Shown: positions 1 to 10,487 of the stretch, piece by piece
Layout of the letters: each line of letters begins with the position of its first letter
Position numbering within the stretch: the first letter of the stretch is position 1
Assembly: GCA_963980225.1 (NCBI GenBank)
Contig: CAXBYW010000002.1
Span: 103,582 to 167,581 of the forward strand
Origin: an uncultured bacterium
Lineage (GTDB): Bacteria; Patescibacteriota; Microgenomatia; UBA1400; MFAQ01
Length of the DNA stretch: 64,000 bases
Direction: 5' to 3'
Program-made: the position numbers and the translations under genes
Notes under the pieces: model-generated
What the model saw: the letters and a program-made list of their open reading frames with translations, nothing else
What the model was told of the DNA's origin: nothing
Database searches by the model: none

Positions 1-38
1 TAATTTAAACTATTTGTTCAACACACGGGAGGTGTGCT

Positions 39-356
39 ATGGAGGACAACCTTGATATGCTTAAGGTAGCAGAAATGTTAAGAAACGGTGAGGACGCACG
101 ACCTCTTTTTGTTGATGCTGGTCTACTTAAGGCTGACAATCATCCAGAAGATTGGTATGGTTCGCTCGAGCACCAAAAAGACTTACTAACTAGGCTTGGT
201 CTTGATCCAGACAATCTAGATAAAGAAGGGAAGGCGATCACTGAAGCTGAATATAAAATACTTGTTGACGCTCAGGTAGATCTTATAGATGCAAATGATG
301 AACCCTTATTTTCTGGAGACGTGCCAGTGCTGGCAGCAATCACTGGTAAAAATTAA
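39..356 (+). CDS. hypothetical small acidic protein
   Basis: 105-aa ORF followed by hairpin plus T-run; no recognisable motif. Confidence 0.5.
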   Translation: MEDNLDMLKVAEMLRNGEDARPLFVDAGLLKADNHPEDWYGSLEHQKDLLTRLGLDPDNLDKEGKAITEAEYKILVDAQVDLIDANDEPLFSGDVPVLAAITGKN

Positions 357-377
357 CTGAAAAAAATGAATACAGCT

Positions 378-407
378 CATACTTGATAATAAGTGTGAGC
401 TTTTTTT
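378..407 (+). terminator. rho-independent terminator candidate
   Basis: imperfect stem agctcatac/gtgtgagct followed by ttttttt. Confidence 0.45.
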
Positions 408-436
408 ATTGTCTAACATGATGGTAATATGGGAGC

Positions 437-1096
437 ATGGTTGCTTGGATTTTGGCAGTTGACGATAGTGTGGATGTAAAAAAGTTTCTAAAGAGCGAGG
501 GTTTGAGTGAGAAGAATATCTGGAGCTTAGATGTACCAAGTGGTGGAGTTAAGATTGCTGAGTTAAGGACTTGGCTTAAGACAAACTATCTGAGCGTAAA
601 GAAAAAAGAGTCCATGGTTTTTTGGATCAACGGAGCGGACAACTTGAGTGAGCAATGCCAGAACATGTTGCTTAAACCTTTGGAAGAGTCAAGAGATGAA
701 GTGTTGTTTGTTCTAACGGTTGCGAGTGAGTCCAGGTTGTTGCCCACAATAGTATCGCGTTGTAGAGTAAGAAAGATAAAAGGAGTTGAGAGTGATAAGG
801 ATGGTAAGTATGAGCAGCTTTGGGATGAGTTAATAGAAGCTTGGAGGATGGGACCTGGTGCTAGTATTTCTTTGCTTGATAAGTGGGAAAAAGATACAGA
901 GCTAGATATATTAAACTTTTTTATAAAAAAACTGGCTACGGCATTGAGGAATTTACCTAGTATGAAGCGGGTAAAGATGTTGAAGTTAGGGCTGGAGTTA
1001 AAGAAAGACGCAGGATTAATGGTAAACAGAAAGTTGTTGTTGGGACGGTTTTTGCTTGAAGGATGGAAGGTTAGTGGACTTGATTCTTCCAGCTAA
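437..1096 (+). CDS. holB: DNA polymerase III delta-prime-like clamp-loader subunit
   Basis: motifs NMLLKPLEE and LLPTIVSRCR typical of delta-prime; no Walker A visible; N-terminus looks short. Confidence 0.6.
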   Translation: MVAWILAVDDSVDVKKFLKSEGLSEKNIWSLDVPSGGVKIAELRTWLKTNYLSVKKKESMVFWINGADNLSEQCQNMLLKPLEESRDEVLFVLTVASESRLLPTIVSRCRVRKIKGVESDKDGKYEQLWDELIEAWRMGPGASISLLDKWEKDTELDILNFFIKKLATALRNLPSMKRVKMLKLGLELKKDAGLMVNRKLLLGRFLLEGWKVSGLDSSS

Positions 1097-1117
1097 TTTT
1101 GAGATAGTGAATGCAGT

Positions 1118-2896
1118 ATGGTAACGTCTGCCCCGGGTACTAGTAGTTCTAAGGATATATTGGCTGTTTTAGTTGATCTAGGCAAGTTGTCTTTAGAAAA
1201 ATCTGAAGAAGTGCGAATGAAGGCGGCTAGTTTGGGAAAAAAAGCGGAAGAGATTTTAAAAGAAGAAAAACAAGTAGACGAAGAAGGTTTGGTAGAAGCG
1301 AAGGCCGTGATGATGGGTATTCCCTATTTTAAAGAAACGCAGTTAATTGTTCCACCAGAACTACTTAAAATGGTGCCTGAAAGTCTGGCTAGAAACTACA
1401 TGCTTATTCCAGTAGAAATAGATAAAAAGAGTGGTTCGTTGAAGATGGTGATGGCTAGACCGAGCGATCTAGGGACGATTGATTTCTTCCAAAGAAGAAC
1501 TGGCTACAGGATCACGGCAATGATGGCTTCCGAAAAGAATATAAACAACCTGATTGATAAACTTTACTTACAAAGTTTAACTGGTGAGGTGTCTGAGGTG
1601 TTGTCTGAAGAAGGAAGTGCGACGGAGGAAGCAGGTATAAAGACGATAACTAAAGAGAGTTTGTCGGAGATTATTAAAGAACCAAAGATAGTCGAGATAG
1701 TAAAGAAGATACTTGAACACGCGATAAGGTTGAGGGCGAGTGACGTTCATATTGAACCAGAGGAAGAGATTACTAGAATTAGATACAGAATTGATGGAAT
1801 ACTGGAAGAAAAACTAACCTTAGATAAGAAGTATCATGCTTCGTTGGCATCTAGAATAAAGATATTGGGAGGAATGAAGATAGACGAAAGACGTTTACCT
1901 CAAGATGGAAGGTTTAACTTTGAGTCAGAAGATGGTGAGGTTGATTTGAGAATTTCTTCTTTACCTACGGTGTTTGGTGAGAAGATTGTGATGAGGCTTT
2001 TGAAAAAATCTGGCAAGATTCCTACCCTACCAGAGTTAGGTTTGAGGGGTAGAGCCTTAAAAAACCTTGAACAAGCAGTTAACATTCCCCATGGAATTAT
2101 TTTGATTACTGGTCCAACTGGTTCTGGTAAGACCACAACGCTTTATTCAATGTTGACTAAGATCAATACTCCTAAGGTTAATGTAATTACTCTGGAGGAT
2201 CCAGTTGAGTACCAGATGAAGGGAATAAACCAGGTACAGGTTAATCCAGATGCTGGTTTGACTTTTGCTTCTGGGTTGAGATCGTTTTTAAGACAGGACC
2301 CCAACATAATAATGGTCGGTGAGATCAGAGATGAGGAGACGGCTGCTTTGGCGGTCCAGGCTTCTTTAACTGGTCACTTGGTGTTTTCTACTATACATAC
2401 CAACTCTGCGTCTGGTGCCCTACCAAGGCTTTTAGACATGAAGGTGGAGCCATTTTTGTTGTCCAGTTCAATGACTGCAGTGGTGGCCCAAAGAGTTTTA
2501 AGGAAGATCTGTGATGAATGTAAGATGGCTTATGTTCCGGAAAAAGCGGTGGTGGAAGACATGAAGGTGGTTTTGGGTGGTTTGTATGCTGGTTTTTTAA
2601 AGTCTAATGTAGAGAGAACGGCTGAAGCACAGAAAAATGGGCAAGAAGTATTGCTTTATAAGGGTAAGGGGTGTACAAAATGTGGTAATACCGGTTACCA
2701 TGGGAGGATCGGTGTATTCGAGGTGTTGGTGATAAGTGAGAAGGTGGCTAGGTTAATAATGGAACAAGCTGATGCCAGTACAGTAGAGAAACAAGCTGTA
2801 GCTGAAGGAATGATTACCTTGAAGCAGGATGGATACCTTAAGGTTTTGGAGGGAGTTACTACTATAGAGGAAGTTGTAAGGGTGGCCCAAGTATGA
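1118..2896 (+). CDS. pilB: type IV pilus assembly ATPase PilB/GspE
   Basis: N-terminal GSPII-like domain, Walker A GPTGSGKTTT, C-terminal tetracysteine CDEC..CTKCGNTGYHGR. Confidence 0.9.
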   Translation: MVTSAPGTSSSKDILAVLVDLGKLSLEKSEEVRMKAASLGKKAEEILKEEKQVDEEGLVEAKAVMMGIPYFKETQLIVPPELLKMVPESLARNYMLIPVEIDKKSGSLKMVMARPSDLGTIDFFQRRTGYRITAMMASEKNINNLIDKLYLQSLTGEVSEVLSEEGSATEEAGIKTITKESLSEIIKEPKIVEIVKKILEHAIRLRASDVHIEPEEEITRIRYRIDGILEEKLTLDKKYHASLASRIKILGGMKIDERRLPQDGRFNFESEDGEVDLRISSLPTVFGEKIVMRLLKKSGKIPTLPELGLRGRALKNLEQAVNIPHGIILITGPTGSGKTTTLYSMLTKINTPKVNVITLEDPVEYQMKGINQVQVNPDAGLTFASGLRSFLRQDPNIIMVGEIRDEETAALAVQASLTGHLVFSTIHTNSASGALPRLLDMKVEPFLLSSSMTAVVAQRVLRKICDECKMAYVPEKAVVEDMKVVLGGLYAGFLKSNVERTAEAQKNGQEVLLYKGKGCTKCGNTGYHGRIGVFEVLVISEKVARLIMEQADASTVEKQAVAEGMITLKQDGYLKVLEGVTTIEEVVRVAQV

Positions 2897-3945
2897 ACGC
2901 AGAACAATTGTTGAAAAATGTGGTTGATACAAAGTCTTCTGATTTACATTTGATCTTTGGGGTCTCACCCATGGTTAGAACACAGGGTAAGTTGACAGTA
3001 ATTCCAGGAACAGAAAAGTTGACTAAAGAGACGGTGAAGGCACTGGTTTTGTCTTTGATGAGACCTGACCAACAGAAAGTTTTTTTGAAGGAAAAAGAGC
3101 TTGATTTCTCAGTAGATTTACCAGGGCTGGCAAGATTTAGGGTAAACACATATTTTCAAAGGGGCACAATGGCTGCCGCATTGAGACACGTTCCTAGTAA
3201 AATACTTTCTATAGATGAGTTGGGGTTACCACCTGTTTGCCACTCTATTGCAAAGCTAAAACAAGGATTTGTGTTAGTAACCGGCCCGACTGGTTCTGGA
3301 AAAAGTTCTACCTTGGCAGCTATTATTGATGAGATAAATCAGACAAGATCAGAGCATGTTGTGACGGTTGAGGATCCGGTTGAGTTTGTGTTTGAGAATA
3401 AAAAATCGGTTATCTCTCAGCGTGAGTTGGGTGGAGATACAATGAGTTGGGAAAAAGCTTTAAAATCAGTCTTAAGACAAGACCCAGATGTAGTGTTAGT
3501 GGGAGAGATGAGGGACCTGGAAACTATGCAAGCGGCCATCACCACAGCAGAGACTGGTCACTTAGTACTTGCGACTTTACATACCAATTCAGCTGCACAA
3601 ACGATTGATAGACTTGTCGACAGCTTCCCTGCTGGACAGCAGTCTCAGATAAGATCTCAGTTAGCGGGTTCTTTAGAGGTGGTGCTTTCACAGAGACTGA
3701 TCCCTTCGATTGATGGGAAAAGAGCGGTGGCAACGGAAGTGATGGTGGTGACTCCAGCGGTGAAGACGAATATAAGAGAGGGTAAGGTTCATCAGATTGA
3801 TAACATAATCCAGACAGGATCAGAGATGGGTATGCACTTACTTGAGACCAGTCTGATTGAGCTGGTAAATAAAGGGGTTATTGATAGCAAGGTGGCACTA
3901 GCCTACTCCTTAAGACCCACAATACTAGCCAGACTTCTCCAGTAA
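2893..3945 (+). CDS. pilT: twitching-motility retraction ATPase PilT
   Basis: GPTGSGKSST Walker A, VLVGEMRDLET, 350 aa; overlaps pilB stop. Confidence 0.9.
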   Translation: MNAEQLLKNVVDTKSSDLHLIFGVSPMVRTQGKLTVIPGTEKLTKETVKALVLSLMRPDQQKVFLKEKELDFSVDLPGLARFRVNTYFQRGTMAAALRHVPSKILSIDELGLPPVCHSIAKLKQGFVLVTGPTGSGKSSTLAAIIDEINQTRSEHVVTVEDPVEFVFENKKSVISQRELGGDTMSWEKALKSVLRQDPDVVLVGEMRDLETMQAAITTAETGHLVLATLHTNSAAQTIDRLVDSFPAGQQSQIRSQLAGSLEVVLSQRLIPSIDGKRAVATEVMVVTPAVKTNIREGKVHQIDNIIQTGSEMGMHLLETSLIELVNKGVIDSKVALAYSLRPTILARLLQ

Positions 3946-3950
3946 ATAAT

Positions 3951-5153
3951 ATGAAAACGTATAAGTACAAGGCCAAGAATGACAAAGGTGAGACGATTGA
4001 TGGAGTGTTGGAAGCTAATAGTGAAAAAGAGATAGTCACGATATTACGAAGCAAAGGACTGGTTACGATGGGAGTGACGGAAAGTCAGATGAATGAGTTG
4101 ACTGAGTTGTTAAATAAATTTAAAAAACCTAAGGAAGATGAGATAGTTGTCTTTACTAGACAGATGTCGACCATGATTCAAGCAGGACTTTCGTTGGTAG
4201 ATGCTTTGGGTATTCTTAAAGATCAGTCTGGACCTGGGTTAGAGATTGTTTTAAAAAAGGTTCTAATAGATGTTGAGGGAGGTAAATCTTTTGCTGTAGC
4301 TCTTGAGGAGTCGAAGGGTGGATTTACTAGTGTATATATTGCCTTGGTTAAGGCTGGTGAGTCGGCTGGATTGTTGGATGAGGTGTTAATAAAAATGGCG
4401 GATACTTTAGAGGCGGAGAAAGATTTTAGAGGTAAGACCAAGGGCGCCTTAGTTTACCCAGCAATTGTTTTAAGTGCTATGGTAGTGGTGGGAGTAATAA
4501 TGATGATTTTTGTGGTCCCTAAGATGACGGTTATGTATAAGGACATGGGAATTGAGTTGCCGGCAATTACTCAAGCCTTGATATCTATTTCTGACTTTAT
4601 GGTTAAGTTTTGGTATTTATTGTTTTTGGGCTTGGGAGGAGGAGCGGTGTTTTTTTCCAAATGGTCTAAAACAGAGGTGGGAGAACTATTAATAGAACAG
4701 TTTCAGTTTAAGTTGCCTATTTGGGGTCAGTTAAAAAAAGATATTGTGTTGGCTAAGTTTGCCAGGACAACTGGGTTGTTGGTGGCGGCTGGTGTGTCGG
4801 TCCTGGACGCTCTAAGGATAGTAGCAGATACATTAGGAAGTAAGATTTTTGGGGACTCTATTAGACAGGTAGCAACAAAAGTAGAAAAAGGAATAAGTTT
4901 GGCAGATGGAATTGCTTATATTCAAGACTTCCCCCCGGTTTTGAGTAGAATGATTTCTGTGGGTGAAAAAACGGGTAAGATGGATGAGGTGTTGACGAGG
5001 TTGGCGGTGTATTATGAGTCTGAGAGTGCTACAAAAGTTAAGAGTTTAACTACTGCGATAGAGCCGTTAATTATGATAATGATGGGAATTGGAGTTGGCT
5101 TCTTGGTGGCTGCCGTTATCCTACCGATCTACCACTTGACAAGTCAGTTCTAG
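3951..5153 (+). CDS. pilC: type IV pilus platform protein PilC/GspF
   Basis: 400-aa polytopic membrane protein with duplicated GspF-like halves. Confidence 0.85.
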   Translation: MKTYKYKAKNDKGETIDGVLEANSEKEIVTILRSKGLVTMGVTESQMNELTELLNKFKKPKEDEIVVFTRQMSTMIQAGLSLVDALGILKDQSGPGLEIVLKKVLIDVEGGKSFAVALEESKGGFTSVYIALVKAGESAGLLDEVLIKMADTLEAEKDFRGKTKGALVYPAIVLSAMVVVGVIMMIFVVPKMTVMYKDMGIELPAITQALISISDFMVKFWYLLFLGLGGGAVFFSKWSKTEVGELLIEQFQFKLPIWGQLKKDIVLAKFARTTGLLVAAGVSVLDALRIVADTLGSKIFGDSIRQVATKVEKGISLADGIAYIQDFPPVLSRMISVGEKTGKMDEVLTRLAVYYESESATKVKSLTTAIEPLIMIMMGIGVGFLVAAVILPIYHLTSQF

Positions 5154-5198
5154 ATGTTCATAGTTAAGGATAGATATTGAATTATTTATTGAAAAAAA

Positions 5199-5744
5199 AT
5201 GAAAAAACAAACTGGTTTCACATTAATGGAGCTTTTGATAGTTATTGGAGTGTTGGGAATCCTAGCGGCTGGTTTGTTGGCAGCTATTGACCCGTTTGAG
5301 CAGCTAAAGAAGGCTAGAGATGCAAATAATAGGAATGCTTCGGTTGAGCTTTTGAACGGATTCACTAGATACTATGCATCTCATGGAGAGTTTCCTTGGA
5401 ACTTACCAGGTATAAACGTTGGCTGTGATGCCCTTGTTGATACAGTGCCAGGTGCGGCTGCTGGTGGAGTTACCGAGTTGCAGGATATTGGTGACTGTGT
5501 TGCTGCTATTGAAGCTGATGGTGAGTTAAAAAGCGACTTTAATAGTAATGTGAATGCAAATATTTACGTAAGCTCAGAGGATGAAACTGACGTAGCAGTC
5601 TGCTTTGCCCCAGAAGGTAAAGCATTAAGAAATGATGCGACCACCAAGTGGGTATTTGATGGTGTTGCTACGATTACGGAAGACGTTGGAGCTGTTACAT
5701 GTCCTGACGTTACCAACGGAAACTGCTTGCAGTGCTTTAGATAG
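5199..5744 (+). CDS. type IV (pseudo)pilin, probable major pilin
   Basis: class III signal MKKQTGFTLMELLIVIGVLG, Glu+5, C-terminal Cys pair. Confidence 0.8.
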   Translation: MKKQTGFTLMELLIVIGVLGILAAGLLAAIDPFEQLKKARDANNRNASVELLNGFTRYYASHGEFPWNLPGINVGCDALVDTVPGAAAGGVTELQDIGDCVAAIEADGELKSDFNSNVNANIYVSSEDETDVAVCFAPEGKALRNDATTKWVFDGVATITEDVGAVTCPDVTNGNCLQCFR

Positions 5745-6557
5745 ATGGGGTTCGCCTTGATGGCTGGATTGGTTTTCTTGATGGGTCTTTTGTGGGGTAG
5801 TTTTTTGGGAGTAGTGGTTTATAGAACAATTAAAAAAGACAGTTCTCCCCTTTCTGGTAGGTCTAAGTGTGATAAGTGTAGTAAAGCTTTAAGTTGGTGG
5901 CAAAATATTCCTTTGTTTTCGTTTTTACTACTTAAAGGAAAGTGTTTTTACTGTAAGAAATCTATTGACTGGAGCTATCCTTTGACTGAACTCATTACTG
6001 GAGTGTTGTTTTTATGGTGGTTTGTGGTGGGTAGATCATTTTTTCTACTGGCGGGTAGTCCTTGGAGCATACTACAGCCTGTTTTCTGGTTAGTAGTAGG
6101 TATGGCGTTGTTAGTGGTGTTTTTAACGGACTTAAAGTATGGGATTATTTCAGATGGAACTAACCTGTTTCTTTTTAGTTGGGTGCTTTTTTATAGACTT
6201 CTTTTAGTGGGAAATGGAGAGATGATGATGGTTGATTTCGGGAAGGCAGTTGTAAGTGCTATCGTTTTGACTGGGTTTTTTTGGAGCTTATGGTGGTTTA
6301 CAAAAGGAAAAGGATTCGGTTTTGGCGATGTGAAGTTTGCCCCTAGTATTGGTCTTTTGTTGGGTTGGCCAAAAACACTGGTAGGAACAATGAGTAGCTT
6401 CGTTATTGGCTCTGTTGTGGGAGTTTTACTTATCTTGTTGGGTAAAAAGAAGTTTGGACAGACGATTCCTTTTGGCCCCTTCTTGGTTGTGGGTATAGTT
6501 GTTGCTCTGTTGTGGGGTGGTCCCTTGTGGAATTGGTATTTAGGGATGCTACAATGA
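5745..6557 (+). CDS. pilD: prepilin peptidase (A24 family)
   Basis: CDKCSKAL...CFYCKK tetracysteine, polytopic membrane, directly after pilin stop. Confidence 0.85.
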   Translation: MGFALMAGLVFLMGLLWGSFLGVVVYRTIKKDSSPLSGRSKCDKCSKALSWWQNIPLFSFLLLKGKCFYCKKSIDWSYPLTELITGVLFLWWFVVGRSFFLLAGSPWSILQPVFWLVVGMALLVVFLTDLKYGIISDGTNLFLFSWVLFYRLLLVGNGEMMMVDFGKAVVSAIVLTGFFWSLWWFTKGKGFGFGDVKFAPSIGLLLGWPKTLVGTMSSFVIGSVVGVLLILLGKKKFGQTIPFGPFLVVGIVVALLWGGPLWNWYLGMLQ

Positions 6558-7054
6558 TTAGTATGAGGAAAGGATTCACTTTACTTGAGATAATGGTGGC
6601 GGTAGCGATTATGATAATTATCTCTGGTGCTAGTTTGGCCTCTTTTACTTTTAGTCAACGTAAGTCTAGGGATGCAAGAAGGAAAGGTGATTTAAGCCAG
6701 ATATCTAAGGCCTTGCAAGTATTCAATGAGGACTTTGGTAGATATCCTATTGGAGATAGTGGTAATGTAATCGGTTGCAAACCAAGCGCTGTGGCAGAGT
6801 TGGAGGCATGCATTTGGGGAGACACCTTTAGTGCGTATTCAGGAGGCGTAGAACAACTATATATGTCTAAGTTACCAGAAGACCCTAAGGTGGGTTATGC
6901 GTATTATTACGTGAGTGACGGAGATAATTTTAGCTTGTATGCAATACTTGAGAACGATAAGGATAAGGATTATAGAACGGACTTGACTCAAGAGTGTGTC
7001 ACTGGTGTAACATGTAATTATCTGTTAACAGAGTATGGAGTGGAAATAGAATGA
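6554..7054 (+). CDS. pilin-like protein (class III signal)
   Basis: [17 protein letters not shown]; start set at ATG overlapping pilD TGA (ATGA); track ORF starts 6512. Confidence 0.7.
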   Translation: MISMRKGFTLLEIMVAVAIMIIISGASLASFTFSQRKSRDARRKGDLSQISKALQVFNEDFGRYPIGDSGNVIGCKPSAVAELEACIWGDTFSAYSGGVEQLYMSKLPEDPKVGYAYYYVSDGDNFSLYAILENDKDKDYRTDLTQECVTGVTCNYLLTEYGVEIE

Positions 7055-7476
7055 TGAAGAAAGAAGGGTTTACATTAATCGAGCTTTTAGTAGTTATTTC
7101 AATAATTGGTGTTTTAAGTGCCATGGCGGCGTTTAACTTTCAACAAGCTAGAGAGAGAGCAAGAGATGTTCAACGAAAAAATGACCTAAAGCAACTGCAA
7201 AATGCCTTAGAGCTTTATAAGAATGATCAGGCAACAGCTTTTTATCCAGACACTGCAAACTTAGTAGACTTGACACCTGACTATATGAAGAAAATCCCAG
7301 TTGATCCTAAGGAACAAAAACTAGCTGGTAGCTGGGTAGAGTATTCCTATACTAGGAGTGCCAGTAGTGTGTTGGAGTACACGATAATAGCTTGTTTGGA
7401 GAATGATGGAGATTTAAGTAAGGATGACGTGAATGTGTGTGCAAGCGGAGTAAGTTATACATTAATAGAACCATGA
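7051..7476 (+). CDS. pilin-like protein
   Basis: [22 protein letters not shown]; ATGA overlap with upstream stop. Confidence 0.75.
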   Translation: MMKKEGFTLIELLVVISIIGVLSAMAAFNFQQARERARDVQRKNDLKQLQNALELYKNDQATAFYPDTANLVDLTPDYMKKIPVDPKEQKLAGSWVEYSYTRSASSVLEYTIIACLENDGDLSKDDVNVCASGVSYTLIEP

Positions 7477-7898
7477 AAAACAAAAAAAGAGGGTTTACAT
7501 TATTAGAGTTGTTGGTGGTGATTGGGATAATCGGAGTTTTGGTCGCTTTGGGTACGGTGTCTTACTCTAGTGCCCAGAGAAAGTCTCGGGATTCAAGACG
7601 TCAAGCTGATATGAAATCGATCCAGAATGCGTTGGAGGTATATTACTCTGAGACGAGTTATGTCTACCCTACTACCTGCAGTGATGGAGGTAGTTACATA
7701 AAAGGTCCTTGGCCAACAGATCCAGTGGATGTCTCCCCGTTGGTTTACACAGAGCTTTGTGATGCAGATAGCTATTATGTATGTGCTGAGATGGAAGTAG
7801 CCTCTAGGGGTAATTCCACGAGCTTACCTACGACTGCTGATGGTACATCGCATGTATGGGGTGCAGGCAATTATTACTGTGTAAGTAACTTACAATGA
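7473..7898 (+). CDS. pilin-like protein
   Basis: [23 protein letters not shown]; start at ATGA overlap; track ORF starts 7437. Confidence 0.7.
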   Translation: MKNKKRGFTLLELLVVIGIIGVLVALGTVSYSSAQRKSRDSRRQADMKSIQNALEVYYSETSYVYPTTCSDGGSYIKGPWPTDPVDVSPLVYTELCDADSYYVCAEMEVASRGNSTSLPTTADGTSHVWGAGNYYCVSNLQ

Positions 7899-8272
7899 AT
7901 AACAAGCTTTTCTCTTCTGGAAAACGAGGATTTACGTTCGTGGAGCTTCTGGTGGTAATTACTATTATTGCTATCTTGACTGGAGCGGCAGCGGTGTCTT
8001 TTACAAATACTAGTATTCGATCTAGAGATTCTCGGAGAAAGTTAGATATCGAGAACATCAGGTCGGCATTAGAACTTTGTAGGACTGAGTCCGGTAGTTA
8101 TCCCCCATCGATTTATAACAGTATTAGTTGTGGTGGTGAGACATATTTAAATGACACCCCCAAAGATCCTAAGACTGATGCTACGTATACTTATGGATTT
8201 GTGTCGGCCACTTCCTACACCATTACTTGTGTGTTGGAGAGTGGTGACAGTTGTTCGTTTATCAATCCATGA
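7895..8272 (+). CDS. pilin-like protein
   Basis: KRGFTFVELLVVITIIAIL; ATGA overlap. Confidence 0.75.
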   Translation: MNNKLFSSGKRGFTFVELLVVITIIAILTGAAAVSFTNTSIRSRDSRRKLDIENIRSALELCRTESGSYPPSIYNSISCGGETYLNDTPKDPKTDATYTYGFVSATSYTITCVLESGDSCSFINP

Positions 8273-8751
8273 AAAATCGATTGGGATTTACTTTATTAGA
8301 AGTTGTGATCGTGATTGGGATCTTATCGTTGTTTGTGGGTGCAGGAATAGTTGCGCTTGTCCCCTTTAGAGAAAGAAGAGAGGTTTTAGGTGACGCTAGA
8401 AATATGGCTTCTCTTTTGAAGCAAGTTCAAGTTAAAGCAAGTGCTGTTGAAATACCGTCTGATTGTGAAATCAGTGGAGTTAGTGAGTTTGAACTACAGT
8501 TTTCTGGTGCGGATGTAGATTTGTTGGTAAAAACATCAAGTGGAGCTACTTGCAAGCAAACTTTAGGTGTTTTAAATCTTTCTAATGGAACCGAGTTTGT
8601 CTTTGCCGGGCAGGTAGTGTTTATTACTCCTTTTGGTTCAACTGATTCAAGCACGATAAGTGTTTGTAATTATGGAATCCAGTATGATCTGGAAATAAAT
8701 GAAAATGGTAGTATTTCTGAGCCGGTAAAGTCAGCGACTCCTGGATGTTAG
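8269..8751 (+). CDS. pilin-like protein
   Basis: MKNRLGFTLLEVVIVIGIL; ATGA overlap; track ORF starts 8251. Confidence 0.7.
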   Translation: MKNRLGFTLLEVVIVIGILSLFVGAGIVALVPFRERREVLGDARNMASLLKQVQVKASAVEIPSDCEISGVSEFELQFSGADVDLLVKTSSGATCKQTLGVLNLSNGTEFVFAGQVVFITPFGSTDSSTISVCNYGIQYDLEINENGSISEPVKSATPGC

Positions 8752-8770
8752 TAAAGTTTGCTAAACTTAA

Positions 8771-9142
8771 ATGATGCGAGATGTTAAAGGGCAGTTATTG
8801 TTGGAGGTATTGGTAGCCCTAACCATTCTGGGGATTGTCGCTGTAGCGGTGGTTAGGGTTTCAACTAGGTCTGTTAAAACTTCAAGAGTGACTGGAGACA
8901 GGCAAGAAGCCTTGAGTCTTGCTAAACAGGTTTTGGTAGATGTAGAAAAGGAAAAAGAAGACGATATTATGACCTTTTTTTCTAGATCGATATTAGAAGA
9001 GGATTGTAGCAACAGTGATTATGTATGTACAACAACTTATGATTTCGAAGGGACTGACAACAAAGTACGAGTTGAGGTGTTGGTCGAATGGGAAGAGACT
9101 AGTGTTGGTTTAAGTAAAATATTTACTAAGACAAAACTGTGA
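8771..9142 (+). CDS. minor pseudopilin-like protein
   Basis: KGQLLLEVLVALTILGI, G...E+5 prepilin motif. Confidence 0.6.
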   Translation: MMRDVKGQLLLEVLVALTILGIVAVAVVRVSTRSVKTSRVTGDRQEALSLAKQVLVDVEKEKEDDIMTFFSRSILEEDCSNSDYVCTTTYDFEGTDNKVRVEVLVEWEETSVGLSKIFTKTKL

Positions 9143-9654
9143 AAAAGAATGCTTACACCCTGATAGAGTTAATTGTGGTTATTGGGATAGTGGTGGTACT
9201 GGTTGGTGCTGGTATGGCGGTTTTCTATCAAAGTTTGCAGAGTGGCTCAAGGGTTGATTTTGAGTTGTTTATGAATACTTCAAGTAGAGTGATCGAGAGT
9301 TCAATGACGGATGTTATTAGTTTTGCTAGAGTAGTTAACGTAGATGGTCAGGGTCAAGATGCATGTTTGGCAGCCGGTGATAGTGGTGTGTCGGGTGATA
9401 ATTTGACGATAGATGTGGCAGGTAGATTAACGCAGTATTCTTTGAGTGGTGATTACATAACCTCTGACTCGGCTCAGATAAGCCCGAGTGGTATACAGGT
9501 TAGCGTTTTAAGCTTTAACTGGGTTTGTTTGTTTGGTGAGCGTGAAAAAGTCATGGTTGATTTTACTGCCCAGGCAGAGAAAGACGGTGAAGCTGTCGCA
9601 ATTGAGAAGGCTTACTCATTCGAAGTATTTTTAAAAAACTCTGGATATTTTTAG
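9139..9654 (+). CDS. pilin-like protein (GTG start)
   Basis: KKNAYTLIELIVVIGIVVVL; GTGA overlap with upstream stop. Confidence 0.6.
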   Translation: MKKNAYTLIELIVVIGIVVVLVGAGMAVFYQSLQSGSRVDFELFMNTSSRVIESSMTDVISFARVVNVDGQGQDACLAAGDSGVSGDNLTIDVAGRLTQYSLSGDYITSDSAQISPSGIQVSVLSFNWVCLFGEREKVMVDFTAQAEKDGEAVAIEKAYSFEVFLKNSGYF

Positions 9655-9660
9655 TATAAA

Positions 9661-10467
9661 ATGAAAGTAATGGTAAATAAAAGTGAAAAAGGTCAGGTAG
9701 CGTTAATACTGGTGTTGGCAGCCACGGTGGCAGGAACATTGGTAATTTCCCTGGCGGATAGGTCGACCAGGAACTTAAGAACGCAAACTTTAGATACAGA
9801 AAAGATCAAGGCACTTAAAGGAGCAGAAAGTGGTGTCGAACAAGCCCTTTTGAGTGAAACTTCTGTGGAAGACCTTAGTTTTAGTGAAGGAGTAAGTTTT
9901 ATCACTGATTACTCAAATGAAGGAGGTGATGGGATGGTTTCTGATTTAGTAGATCCAGGAGACGCGATTGCTGTACTAGTTGAAGGAGCGGATAGCGGGG
10001 TGAGTAGCGTAAGGATCTATTTCTCTTCTGAGTCTTCTCTGGCAGCACTGAAGGTGTCTGAGTACAGAGTTGATGGTGTCCAGTATCTGGTGAGCTCCTA
10101 TGCTTTTGACAGTGATTCTGGTCGGGCTTTGGTAAATAAGTTTGCTGACTTGGTGGAGGGTCCGAGTTTTAGTTTCCAGGGGACAACTTTTGGTGGTAGA
10201 TCTAGTGTAGGTGTGAATGCTAATACATTGTTGCCGCCAACTACTAGGTTATTGAGAATTGAGGTTTTGTATTCTGCTAGTAAAATTGGGATTGAGCCAA
10301 TAGGTGGAAATCTACCTGATCAGCAAGTAGTTATATCTTCTTTAGGATCTTATTCGGTGTCGGGAGATGTTAGTGTAAAGAAAAGATTGGAGCTTAGAAA
10401 AGAGATGGAAAAAGTACCGGCTGTGTTTGATAAAGTACTTTATTCTAACTCTAAGTTGGTTCAGTAA
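9661..10467 (+). CDS. pilus-associated protein, PilX/GspK-like N-terminus
   Basis: N-terminal TM KGQVALILVLAATVAGTLVIS then beta-rich region; position in pilin array. Confidence 0.4.
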   Translation: MKVMVNKSEKGQVALILVLAATVAGTLVISLADRSTRNLRTQTLDTEKIKALKGAESGVEQALLSETSVEDLSFSEGVSFITDYSNEGGDGMVSDLVDPGDAIAVLVEGADSGVSSVRIYFSSESSLAALKVSEYRVDGVQYLVSSYAFDSDSGRALVNKFADLVEGPSFSFQGTTFGGRSSVGVNANTLLPPTTRLLRIEVLYSASKIGIEPIGGNLPDQQVVISSLGSYSVSGDVSVKKRLELRKEMEKVPAVFDKVLYSNSKLVQ

Positions 10468-10487
10468 TATATGTATAATAGATTATT

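Noticed and set aside
1900-4441. Minus-strand ORFs inside pilB/pilT/pilC (1900-2136, 2695-3149, 3539-3733, 4223-4441)
   Set aside because: Antisense to well-supported ATPase and platform genes; no motifs.
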